Origin: Mayamaea pseudoterrestris
Taxonomy: Eukaryota
DNA: 64,000 nucleotides
Reading direction: 5' to 3'
NCBI GenBank assembly: GCA_027923505.1
Contig: BROI01000030.1
Coordinates: 62,001 to 126,000, forward strand
The notes beneath the pieces were generated by a model, which was not told where the DNA came from, searched no databases, and was given only the letters and a program-made list of their open reading frames with translations. Made by a program: the position numbers and the translations under genes. Positions 53,350-64,000 of this stretch are shown here, piece by piece; positions within the stretch are counted from its first letter, which is position 1, and each line of letters opens with the position of its first letter.

Positions 53350-56300
53350 CATACAGGGCCTGCTGTAGGGGCGTTTGAATGTCACGGCATCTGCAGGCTA
53401 GACTGGTGACAAGTTGTCACCAATATCATTGCCGTCCCCGAGACACCAGCCAGGCATACCATCTTGTAGCGCAGCCTGAATAATGATGTTGGCACCATCT
53501 GGTGTCATTTGGGGCACACATGGCCTGCGTAGCGGAATGTCACGGCATCTGCAGCTGAGACTGGTGACAAGTTGTCACCAAACATTGCCGCCCCGAGACA
53601 CCCAGGCACCATCTTGTAGCGCAGCGAATAATGATGTTGGCACCATTCTGGTGTATTTGGGCACCTACAGGCTGCTGTAGGGCGCTTGAATGTCACGGCA
53701 TCTGAGGCTGAGACTGGTGACAAGTTGTCACCAATATCATTGCCGCCCCGAGACACCGCAGGCATACCATTGTAGCGCAGTGAAAAATGATGTTGGCACC
53801 ATTCTGGTGTCAATTGGGTGTACCTACAGGGCCTGCTGTAGGGGCGCTTGAATGTCCGGCATCTGCAGGCTGAGACTGGTGACAAGTTGTCACCAATACA
53901 TTGCCGTCCCCGAGACACAGCCAGGCCTACCACTGTAGCGCAGCCCGAATAATGATGTTGGCACCATTCTGGTGTCATTTGGGTGTATACATGGCTGCGG
54001 GGCGTTTGAATGTCACGGCATCTGCAGGCTGAGACTGGTGACAAGTTGTCACCAATATCATTGCCGTCCCCGAGACACCAGCCAGGCCACCATCGTAGCG
54101 CAGCCTGAATAATGATGTTGGCACCATTCTGGTGTCATTTTGGTGTAACATGGCTCTGTGGCTTTGAATGTCACGGCATCTGCAGGCTGAGACGGACAAG
54201 TTGTCACCAATATCATTGCCGCCCCCTGAGACACCCAGGCATACCATCTTGTAGCGCAGCCTGAATAATGATGTTGGCACCATTCTGGTGTCAGGAGACG
54301 GTGACAAGTGTCACCAATATCATGCCGTCCCCTGAGACACTAGCCAGGCATACATTTGTAGCGCAGCCTGAATAATGATGTTGGCACCATTCTGGTGTCA
54401 TTTGGGTGCCACTGGCTGCTGTAGGGGCGAATGTCCGGCAGCAGGTGAGACTGGTGACAAGTTGTCACCAATATCATTGCCGTCCCCGAGACACTAGCCA
54501 GGCATACCATCTTAGCAGTGAAATGATGCGGAATCGGAACATGTGGGGCGTTTGAATGTCACAGATCGCGTGGCTGGAGAGTGACAAGTTGTCACCACCG
54601 TCCCCCGGAACACGCAACTGTAGCGCAGCTCGAAAATGATGTTGGACGGTCATGGGAGTTAGGGCGTTGAATGTCACGGCATCTGGGGGACGAGCACCAT
54701 TGCCCCGAGACAAGCCAGGCATACCATTGTTGCGCAGCCTGAAAATGATGTTGGCACCATCGGTGTTTTGGGTGTATACATGGCCTGGGGGCTTTGAATG
54801 TCACGGCTCGCAGGTGAGACTGTGACAAGTTGTCACCAATATCATTGCCGTCCCCTGAGACACTAGCCAGGCATACCTCTTGTAGCGCAGCTGAATAAGT
54901 GGCCGGTGTATTTGGGCGCCCACGGCTGCGTTGAATGTCACGGCATCTGCAGGCTGAGACTGGTGACAAGTTGTCACCAATATCATTGCCGCCCCTGAGA
55001 CACCAGCCAGGCATACATCTTGTAGCGCAGCCTGAATAATGATGTTGGCACCATTCTGGTGTCATTTGGGTGAAACAGGCCGCTGTAGGGGCGTTTGAAT
55101 GTCACGGCATCTGCAGGGAGAGGTGACAAGTTGTCACCAATATCATTGCCCCCCGAACAGCAGGATACCATTGTAGCGCAGCCTGAATAATATGTTGGCA
55201 CCATTGGGAGGGGGAATGTCTTGGCATAGAGAGGAGGACAAGCTGTCATTTTGTCCCCCGAGACACTAGCCAGTATACCATTAGCGCAGCTGATTGATGT
55301 TGGCACCAATCTGGTGTCATTTGGGCATATTCATGGCTGCTGTAGGGGGTTTGAATGTCACGGCATCTCGCAGAGCGAGACGTGACAAGTTGTCACCAAT
55401 ATCATTGCCGTCCCGAGACAAAGCAGGTATAGTTGGCAGCGAATAATGATGTTGGCACCATTCTGGTTCATTTGGTAACATGGCCTTGTGGCGTTTGAAT
55501 GTCACGGATCTGCAGGAGACTGGTGACAAGTTGTCACCAATATCATTGCCGTCTCCCTGAGACACAGCCAGGCAACCATCTTTAGCGCAGCCTGAATAAT
55601 GATGTTGGACCATTCGGTGTCATTTGGGTAGCAGGCTGCAGGGGGTTTGAATGTCACGGACGCAGGAGACTGTGACAAGTTGTCACCAATATCATTGCTG
55701 TCCCCGAGACACAGCCAGGCATACCACTTGTAGCGCAGCAAATGTTGGTAGGTTGACGGTGAGAGGGACAAGTTGCACCAAGATAGCCAGAGAACTAGCC
55801 AGGCATACCATTGTAGCGCAGCGAAAGTGGCATTGGTCATGGGTGTTAAGGGGGGGCTTGAATGTACGGATCTGAGGTGAGACTGGTGACAATTGTCACC
55901 AATATCATTGCGTCCTGAGACACCAGCCAGGATACCATTGTAGCGCAGCCTGAAAATGATGTTGGCACCATTCTGGTGTCATTTGGGCGTACCTACAGGG
56001 CCTGCTGTAGGGGGAATGTCACGGATCTGGTGAGATGGACAAGGTCACCAAATACAGCCCCTAGACACCCTACCTTTAGAATGGAAGGACAAAGGGGATA
56101 GGCATGCAGGAATGCCCCGAGACAGCAAATTTCAACAGGAACAATGTTGTACGAGGGCAGCGGGTGTAAGTTGTCACCAAAGAAAGACATGTAGTGTAGC
56201 CTGAATAATGTGGACATTGGTTTTTGGCGTAACATGGTGTGGGGGTGCTTTGAATGTCATGTGTAGAGAGTGACAAGTTGTCGCCAAAACGTCCCAGAGA

Positions 56301-57750
56301 GCGAATTGATGTTGGACCATTGGTGTTTTTGGTATACAGGTGTGAACAGGAGAGGGAAAGTTGCGAGACACAGCAGGCTACATTGTAGCTCAGCCCTGAA
56401 TGGTTTGCAAGTAGGCACCATCGGTAGATAATGTCCCCGACGGAAAATGTTGGCAGCTGAAAAATGAGTGGACATTCTGGTTCATTTGTGCTACAGGGTG
56501 TCGTGGTGAGACAAAGTCACCAAAACGTCCTGAGACATAGCAGGCCTACCATCTTGGAGCGCAGCTGTATAATGATGTTGGCACCATTCTGGTGTATTTG
56601 GGTATATACACGTAGGGGGTGTTCTGAATGTAGCTTGCGGCTCGAGACGTGACAAGTTGTCACCAAATATTCCATCCCCGAAGACACCAGCAGGCCTACC
56701 ATCTTGTAGCGCAGCTGAATAGATGTAGGGAATTGTGTTTTTGTGCACCTACAGGGTGTGTGGCGTTTGAATGTCACGGATGCGGAGGTGAGTTGTCACC
56801 AATTGGTCCCAGACACAGCAGGCTACCATCTTGTAGGCAGCGAATAAGAGTGGCGTGTCATGGACATACAGGGGGGGGTGAATGTCACGCATCTGGGGTG
56901 AGACTGGTGACAAGTTGTCACCAATACATTGCGCCGAGAAGACATTTGTGCCAGCCTGAAAAATGATGTTGGCACCTTCAGGGGTGTGCGGGGGAATGTC
57001 ACGCATAGGCTACGGTGACGTTGTCACCCGAGACAAGGCATACATCTGTAGCGCAGCCTAAATGTGTTGAAGGTGTAGAAAGTGGGGCGTTGAATGTCAC
57101 GGCATTGCAGGGAGAGTCAAGTTGTCACCAATACTTCGTGAGACAAGGGACCTGTGCGCAGCCTGATAATATGTTGGCACATTCTGGTGGGATTTTGGTG
57201 TACCTACATGGCTGGGAGGTGTTGAATGTCACGGCATCTGCAGGTGGACGGGTGACAAGTTGTCACCAATATCATTGCCGTCCCCCGAGACACAGCCAGG
57301 CATACCATCTTGCGCAGCCTGAAAATGATGTTGGCACCATTCGGTGTCATTTGGTGTACACAGGCTGCTGTAGGGGCTGAATGTCACGGCATCTCAGGTG
57401 AGACTGGTGACAAGTTGTCACCAATATCATTGCCGTCCCTGAGACACTAGCCAGGCATACCATGTTGCGCAGCTGAATAAGATGTTGGCACCATTCTGGT
57501 GTCATTTGGGTGTATACATGGCCTGTGTAGGGCGTTTGAATGTCACGGATCTGAGGTGAGACGGTGACAAGTTGTCACCAATATCATTACCGTCCCCTGA
57601 GACACCAGCAGGCATACATCTGTAGCGCAGCCTGAATAATGATGTTGGCACCATTCTGGTGTATTGGGGTAATGGCCTGCTGTAGGTGTCGGATGAGGTT
57701 GAACTCCCCGACAAGCCAGGCATACATCTTGTAGCGCAGCCTGAATAATG
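53350..57750. repeat. Strongly degenerate, deletion-rich stretch of satellite B (worst at about 54500-57200)
   Basis: Bases are progressively lost (CCCC to CCC, GGGG to GG, ACACTAGCC to ACAGCC) while GTGACAAGTTGTCACC and GATGTTGGCACC remain recognisable. It grades back to clean monomers by about 59400. Confidence 0.85.
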
Positions 57751-60700
57751 ATGTTGGCACCATTCTGGTGTCATTTGGGTGTATACATGGCCTGCTGTAG
57801 GGGCGATGTCACGATCTGCAGGCTGAGACTGGTGACAAGTTGTCACCAATATCATTGCCGTCCCCCGAGACAAGCAGGCATACCATCTTGTTGCGCAGCC
57901 TGAATAATGATGTTGGCACCATTCTGGTGTCATTTGGTGTATACATGGCCTGCTGTAGGGGCATTTGAATGTCACGGCATCTGCGGGCTGAGACTAATGA
58001 CAAGTTGTCACCAATATCATTGCCATCCCCTGAGACACTAGCTAGGCATACCATCTTGTAGCGTAGCCTGAATAATGATGTTGGCACCATTCTGGTGTCA
58101 TTTGGGTGCACCCGGCCTGCTGTAGGGGCGTTTGAATGTCACGGATCTGCGGCTGAGACTGGGACAAGTTGTCACCAAACATTCCGTCCCCTGAGACACT
58201 AGCCAGGCATACCACTTGTAGCGCAGCCTGAATAATGATGTTGGCACCATTCTGGTGTCATTTGGGTGTATACATGGCCTGCTGTAGGGGCGTTTGAATG
58301 TCACGGCATCTGCAGGCTGAGACTGGTGACAAGTTGTCACCAATATCATTGCGCCCCTGAGACACTGCCAGGCATACCATCTGTAGCGCAGCCTGAATAA
58401 TGATGTTGGCACCATTCTGGTGTCATTGGGTGTATACATGGCCGGGGCGTGAATGTCACGGCATCTGCAGGCGAGACTGGTGACAAGTTGTCACCAATAT
58501 CATCCGTCCCCGAGACACAGCCAGGCATACCATCTTGTTGCTCTGCCTGAATAATGATGTTGGCACCATTCTGGTGTCATTTTGGTGTAACAGGGCTGCC
58601 GTAGGGCGTTTGAATGTCACGGCATCTGCAGGCTGAGACTGGTGACAAGTTGTCACCAATATCATTGCCGCCCTGAGACACAGCCAGGCATACCAGCTTG
58701 TAGCGCAGCCTGAATAATGATGTTGGCACCATTCTTGTGTCATTTGGGCGTATACATGGCCTGCTGTAAGGGCGTTTGAAAGTCACGGCATCTGAAGGCC
58801 GAGACTGGTGACAAGTTGTCACCAAATCATTGCCGTCCCCTGAGACACAGCAGGCATACCATCTGTAGCGCAGCCTGAATAAGATGGGCACCTTGGTGTC
58901 ATTGGGTGTATAATGGCCTGTTGTAGGGGCGTTTAAATGTCACGGCATCTGCGGGCTGAGACTGGTGACAAGTTGTCACCAATATCATTGCTGTCCCCGA
59001 GACAGCAGCATACCATGTAGCGCAGCCTGAATAATGATGTTGGCACCATTCTGGTGTCATTGGGTTGTACTACATGGCCTGCGTAGGGGCTTTGAATGTC
59101 ACGGCATCTGCAGGCTGAGACTGGTGACAAGTTGTCACCAATATCATTGCCGTCCCCGAGACACTAGCCAGGCATACCATCTGTAGCGCAGCCTGAATAA
59201 TGATGTTGGCACCATTCTGGTGTCATTTGGGGTATACATGGCCTGCTGTAGGCGTTTGAATGTCACGGCATCTGCAGGCTGAGACTGGTGACAAGTTGTC
59301 ACCAATATCATTGCCTCCCCCGAGACACTAGCCAGGCATACCATCTTGTAGCGCAGCCTGAATAATGATGCTGGCACCATTCTGGCGTCATTTGGGTGCA
59401 TACAGGGCCTGCTGTAGGGGCGTTTGAATGTCACGGCATCTGCAGGCTGAGACTGGTGACAAGTTGTCACCAATATCATTGCCGTCCCCTGAGACACTAG
59501 CCAGGCATACCATCTTGTAGCGCAGCCTGAATAATGATGTTGGCACCATTCTGGTGTCATTTGGGTGTATACATGGCCTGCTGTAGGGGCGTTTGAATGT
59601 CACGGCATCTGCAGGCTTAGACTGGTGACAAGTTGTCACCAATATCATTGCCATCTCCTGAGACACTAGCCAGGCATACCATCTTGTAGCGCAGCCTGTA
59701 TAATGATGTTGGCACCATTCTGGTGTCATTTGGGGGTATACATGGCCTGCTGTAGGGGCGTTTGAGTGTCACGGCATCTGCAGGCTGAGACTGGTGACAA
59801 GTTGTCACCAATATCATTGCCGTCCCCTGAGACACTAGCCAGGCATACCATCTTGTAGCGCAGCCTGAATAATGATGTTGGCACCATTCTGGTGTCATTT
59901 GGGGCACCTACAGGGCCTGCTGTAGGGCGTTTGAATGTCACGGCATCTGCAGGCTGAGACTGGTGACAAGTTGTCACCAATATCATTGCCGTCCCCTGAG
60001 ACACTAGCCAGGCATACCATCTTGTAGCGCAGCCTGAATAATGATGTTGGCACCATTCTGGTGTCATTTGGGCGCATACATGGCCTGCTGTAGGGCGTTT
60101 GAATGTCACGGCATCTGCAGGCTGAGACTGGTGACAAGTTGTCACCAATATCATTGCCGTCCCCTGAGACACTAGCCAGGCATACCATCTTGTAGCGCAG
60201 CCTGAATAATGATGTTGGCACCATTCTGGTGTCATTTGGGTGTGTACATGGCCTGCTGTAGGGGCGTTTGAATGTCACGGCATCTGCAGGCTGAGACTGG
60301 TGACAAGTTGTCACCAATATCATTGCCGTCCCCTGAGACACTAGCCAGGCATACCATCTTGTTGCGCAGCCTGAATAATGATGTTGGCACCATTCTGGTG
60401 TCATTTGGGTGTATACATGGCCTGCTGTAAGGGCGTTTGAATGTCACGGCATCTGCAGGCTGAGACTGGTGACAAGTTGTCACCAATATCATTGCCGTCC
60501 CCTGAGACACTAGCCAGGCATACCATCTTGTAGCGCAGCCTGAATAATGATGTTGGCACCATTCTGGTGTCATTTGGGTGTATACATGGCCTGCTGTAGG
60601 GGCGTTTGAATGTCACGGCATCTGCGGGCTGCGATTGGTGACAAGTTGTCACCAATATCATTGCCATCCCCTGAGACACTAACCAGGCATACCATCTTGT

Positions 60701-63235
60701 AGCGCAGCCTGACTAATGATGTTGGCACCATTCTGGTGTCATTTGGGTGTATACATGGCCTGCTGTAGGGTCGTTTGAATGTCATGGCATCTGCAGGCTA
60801 AAACTGGTGACAAGTTGTCACCAATATCATTGCCGTCCCCTGAGACACTAGCCAGGCATACCATCTTGTAGCGCAGCCTGAATAATGATGTTGGCACCAT
60901 TCTGGTGTCATTTGGGTGTATACATGGCCTGCTGTAGGGGCGTTTGAATGTCACGGCATCTGCAGGCTGAGACTGGTGACAAGTTGTCACCAATATCATT
61001 GCCGTCCCCAAGACACTAGCCAGGCATATCATCTTGTAGCGCAGCCTGAATAATGATGTTGGCACCATTCTGGTGTCATTTGGGTGTATACATGGCCTGC
61101 TGTAGGGGCGTTTTATGTCACGGCATCTGCAGGCTGAGACTGGTGACAGGTTGTCACCAATATCATTGCCGTCCCCTGAGACACTAGCCAGGCATACCAT
61201 CTTGTAGCTCAGCCTGAATAATGATGTTGGCACCATTCTGGTGTGCTTTGGGCGCCTGCAACACGTGGCGTAGGCGATTTTGAATGTCACGGCATCTGCG
61301 GGCTGAGACTGGTGACAAGTTGTCACCAAATTCATTGCCGTCCCCTTAGACACTAGCCAGGCATACCATCTTGTAGCGCAGCCTGAATAATGATGTTGGC
61401 ACCATTCTGGTGTCATTTGGGTGTATACATGGCCTGCTGTAGGGGCGTTTGAATGTCACGGCATCTGCAGGCTGAGACTGGTGACAAGTTGTCACCAATA
61501 TCATTGCCGTCCCCTGAGACACTAGCCAGGCATACCATCTTGTAGCGCAGCCTGAATAATGATGTTGGCACCATTCTGGTGTCATTTGGGGTATACATGG
61601 CCTGCTGTAGGGGCGTTTGAATGTCACGGCATCTGCAGGCTGAGACTGGTGACAAGTTGTCACCAATATCATTGCCGTCCCCTGAGACACTAGCCAGGCA
61701 TACCATCTTGTTGCGCAGCCTGAATAATGATGTTGGCACCATTCTGGTGTCATTTGGGTGTATACATGGCCTGCTGTAGGTGTTTGAATGTCACGGCATC
61801 TGCAGGCTGAGACTGGTGACAAGTTGTCACCAATATCATTGCTGTCCCCTGAGACACTAGCCAGGCATACCATCTTGTAGCGCAGCCTGAATAATGATGT
61901 TGGCACCATTCTGGTGTCATTTGGGTGTATACAGGGCCTGCTGTAGGGGCGGTTGAATGTCACGGCATCTGCGGGCTGAGACTGGTGACAAGTTGTCACC
62001 AATATCATTGCCGTCCCCTGAGACACTAGCCAGGCATACCATCTTGTTGCGCAGCCTGAATAATGATGTTGGCACCATTCTGGTGTCATTTGGGTGTATA
62101 CATGGCCTGCTGTAGGGCGTTTGAATGTCACGGCATCTGCAGGCTGAGACTGGTGACAAGTTGTCACCAATATCATTGCCGTCCCCTGAGACACTAGCCA
62201 GGCATACCATCTTGTTGCGCAGCCTGAATAATGATGTTGGCACCATTCTGGTGTCATTTGGGTGCATACATGGCCTGCTGTAGGGGCGTTTGAATGTCAC
62301 GGCATCTGCAGGCTGAGACTGGTGACAAGTTGTCACCAATATCATTGCCGTCCCCTGAGACACTAGCCAGGCATACCATCTTGTAGCGCAGCCTGAATAA
62401 TGATGTTGGCACCATTCTGGTGTCATTTGGGTGTATACATGGCCTGCTGTAGGGGCGTTTGAATGTCACGGCATCTGCAGGCTGAGACTGGTGACAAGTT
62501 GTCACCAATATCATTGCCGTCCCCTGAGACACTAGCCAGGCATACCATCTTGTTGCGCAGCCTGAATAATGATGTTGGCACCATTCTGGTGTCATTTGGG
62601 TGTATAAAATGCCTGCTGTAGGGGCGTTTGAATGTCACGGCATCTGCAGGCTGAGACTGGTGACAAGTTGTCACCAATATCATTGCCGTCCCCTGAGACA
62701 CTAGCCAGGCATACCATCTTGTAGCGCAGCTTGAATAATAACGTTGGCACCAGTCTGGTGTAATTTGGGTCACCACAGGGCCTGCTGTAGGGGCGGTTGA
62801 ATGTCACAACATCTGCGGGCTGAGACTGGTGACAAGTTGTCACCAAATACATTGCCGCCCCCTGAGACACCAGTCAGGCAAACCAACTTGTAGCGCAGCC
62901 AGAATAAAATGTTGGCACCATTCGGGTGTATTGGGGTACCTACAGGGCCTGCTGTAGGGGCGTTGGAATGTCACGGCATCTGCGGGCTGAGACTGGTGTC
63001 AAGTTGTCACCAAATACATTGCCGTCCCCTGAGACACCAGTCCAGCAAACCATCTTGTAGCGCAGCCTGAAAATATGTTGGCACCATTCGGGTGTCATTT
63101 GGGTACATACAGGGCCTGCTGTGGGGGGTTGATGCCGGCACGCGCGAGTGGGACAAGTTGTCACCAAACAGCCATGCCCGAGGCACTAGCCACCCACCCT
63201 GTAGCGCACCCGAAAATGATGTTGGCACCATCTGG

Positions 63236-64000
63236 GTTTTGGGTAGCGGCCAGGGGGTATGGTGGTATGATTCCATAATTTGGGGTGTTGGCCACACCCA
63301 TTTTGCAGATGGTGTAGGCCTCCAGGCAGTCCGTTTTGCACCATTTCAGCCCATCCTCATGTCAATGGCACACCCTGGACATGTTTTGCCTGACTCATTG
63401 GGTTGTTGGGTGGCCAGGGCATGGGGCATTGTAGTGGTATGATTCCATAATTTGGGGTGTTGGCCACACCCATCTTGTAGACCATTCCATGCTGTAGGCC
63501 TCCAGGCAGTCCGTTTTGTACCATGTCAGACCATCCTCATGTCAATGGCACACCCTGGACATGTTTTGCATGACTCATTGGGTTGTTGGGTGATCAGGGT
63601 GGGGGGCATTGTAGTGGTATGATTCCATAATTTGGGGTGTTGGCCACACCCATTTTGCAGATGGTGTAGGCCTCCAGGCAGTCCGTTTTGCACCATTTCA
63701 GCCCATCCTCATGTCAATGGCACACCCTGGACATGTTTTGCCTGACTCATTGGGTTGTTGGGGGGCCAGCGCATGGGGCATTGTAGTGGTATGATTCCAT
63801 AATTTGGGGTGTTGGCCACACCCATCTTGTAGACCATTCCATGCTGTAGGCCTCCAGGCAGTCCGTTTTGTACCATGTCAGACCATCCTCATGTCAATGG
63901 CACACCCTGGACATGTTTTGCATGACTCATTGGGTTGTTGGGTGATCAAGGGACGGGGCATTGTAGTGGTATGATTCCATAATTTGGGGTGTTGGCCACA
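63236..64000. repeat. Satellite A, right array (about 4 monomers, same orientation, truncated by the window end)
   Basis: Clean A sequence runs from 63262 (GTGGTATGATTCCATAATTTGGGG...) with A1/A2 alternation. The transition at about 63231-63261 is noisy. Confidence 0.97.

Larger units (their letters stand above)
20191..63235. repeat. Satellite B: 169-bp monomer tandem array, roughly 255-260 copies
   Basis: Consensus TCACCAATATCATTGCCGTCCCCTGAGACACTAGCCAGGCATACCATCTTGTAGCGCAGCCTGAATAATGATGTTGGCACCATTCTGGTGTCATTTGGGTGTATACATGGCCTGCTGTAGGGGCGTTTGAATGTCACGGCATCTGCAGGCTGAGACTGGTGACAAGTTG. The period is confirmed by near-identical ORFs with left coordinates 33398, 33567, 33736 and 33905 (169 apart). 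Confidence 0.98.

Noticed and set aside
54500..57200. Possible unique sequence or transposon insertion in the most divergent zone
   Set aside because: B motifs can still be traced in order throughout, and there is no LTR, TIR, poly-A tail or coding remnant.
20191..63235. CRISPR-like array, suggested by the regularly spaced palindrome
   Set aside because: The sequence between palindromes is the same in every unit (no unique spacers), the 169-bp period is too long, and no cas genes are present.
20115..63297. Hundreds of minus-strand ORFs (MTPEWCQHHYSG..., MVPTSLFRLRYK..., up to 387 aa at 47003-48166)
   Set aside because: They are translations of the 169-bp repeat. Because 169 is not a multiple of 3, each ORF changes repeat frame every monomer until it meets the stop-containing frame. 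Longer ORFs arise only where indels skip that frame. There is no recognisable domain, and indels are not frame-preserving.
1..64000. Tandem RNA gene cluster (5S rRNA, tRNA, snRNA or spliced leader)
   Set aside because: I recognise no 5S, tRNA (no GTTCRA T-loop) or snRNA signature in either monomer. An Infernal/Rfam scan of the consensuses would be the definitive test.
1..64000. CENP-B box or primate alpha-satellite identity, suggested by ~170-bp monomers
   Set aside because: I found no TTCGNNNNANNCGGG match in either consensus by eye, and the monomers are roughly GC-balanced with no alpha-satellite motifs.

Overview
This 64-kb window is entirely tandem satellite DNA. I find no credible genes, RNA genes, CRISPR array or transposon, and no novel protein-coding system. 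Two families, both in one constant orientation, are arranged A-B-A. Satellite A (1-20191 and ~63236-64000) is a dimeric higher-order repeat of alternating 180-bp and 171/172-bp monomers (351/352-bp unit). Satellite B (20191-~63235) is a 169-bp monomer present in roughly 255-260 copies. All listed ORFs are translations of these repeats. The arrangement fits a eukaryotic (peri)centromeric or heterochromatic array, but I cannot assign organism or family name. Main points of interest: (1) each intact A monomer carries a canonical G-quadruplex motif and each intact B monomer carries a 19-bp palindrome; (2) the B array interrupts A inside that G4 motif, and A resumes about 43 kb later at nearly the same monomer position; (3) A and B share colinear short motifs, suggesting common ancestry; (4) there is an out-of-register ~2.98-kb tandem duplication in B; (5) several indel-rich zones look like low-quality long-read consensus.
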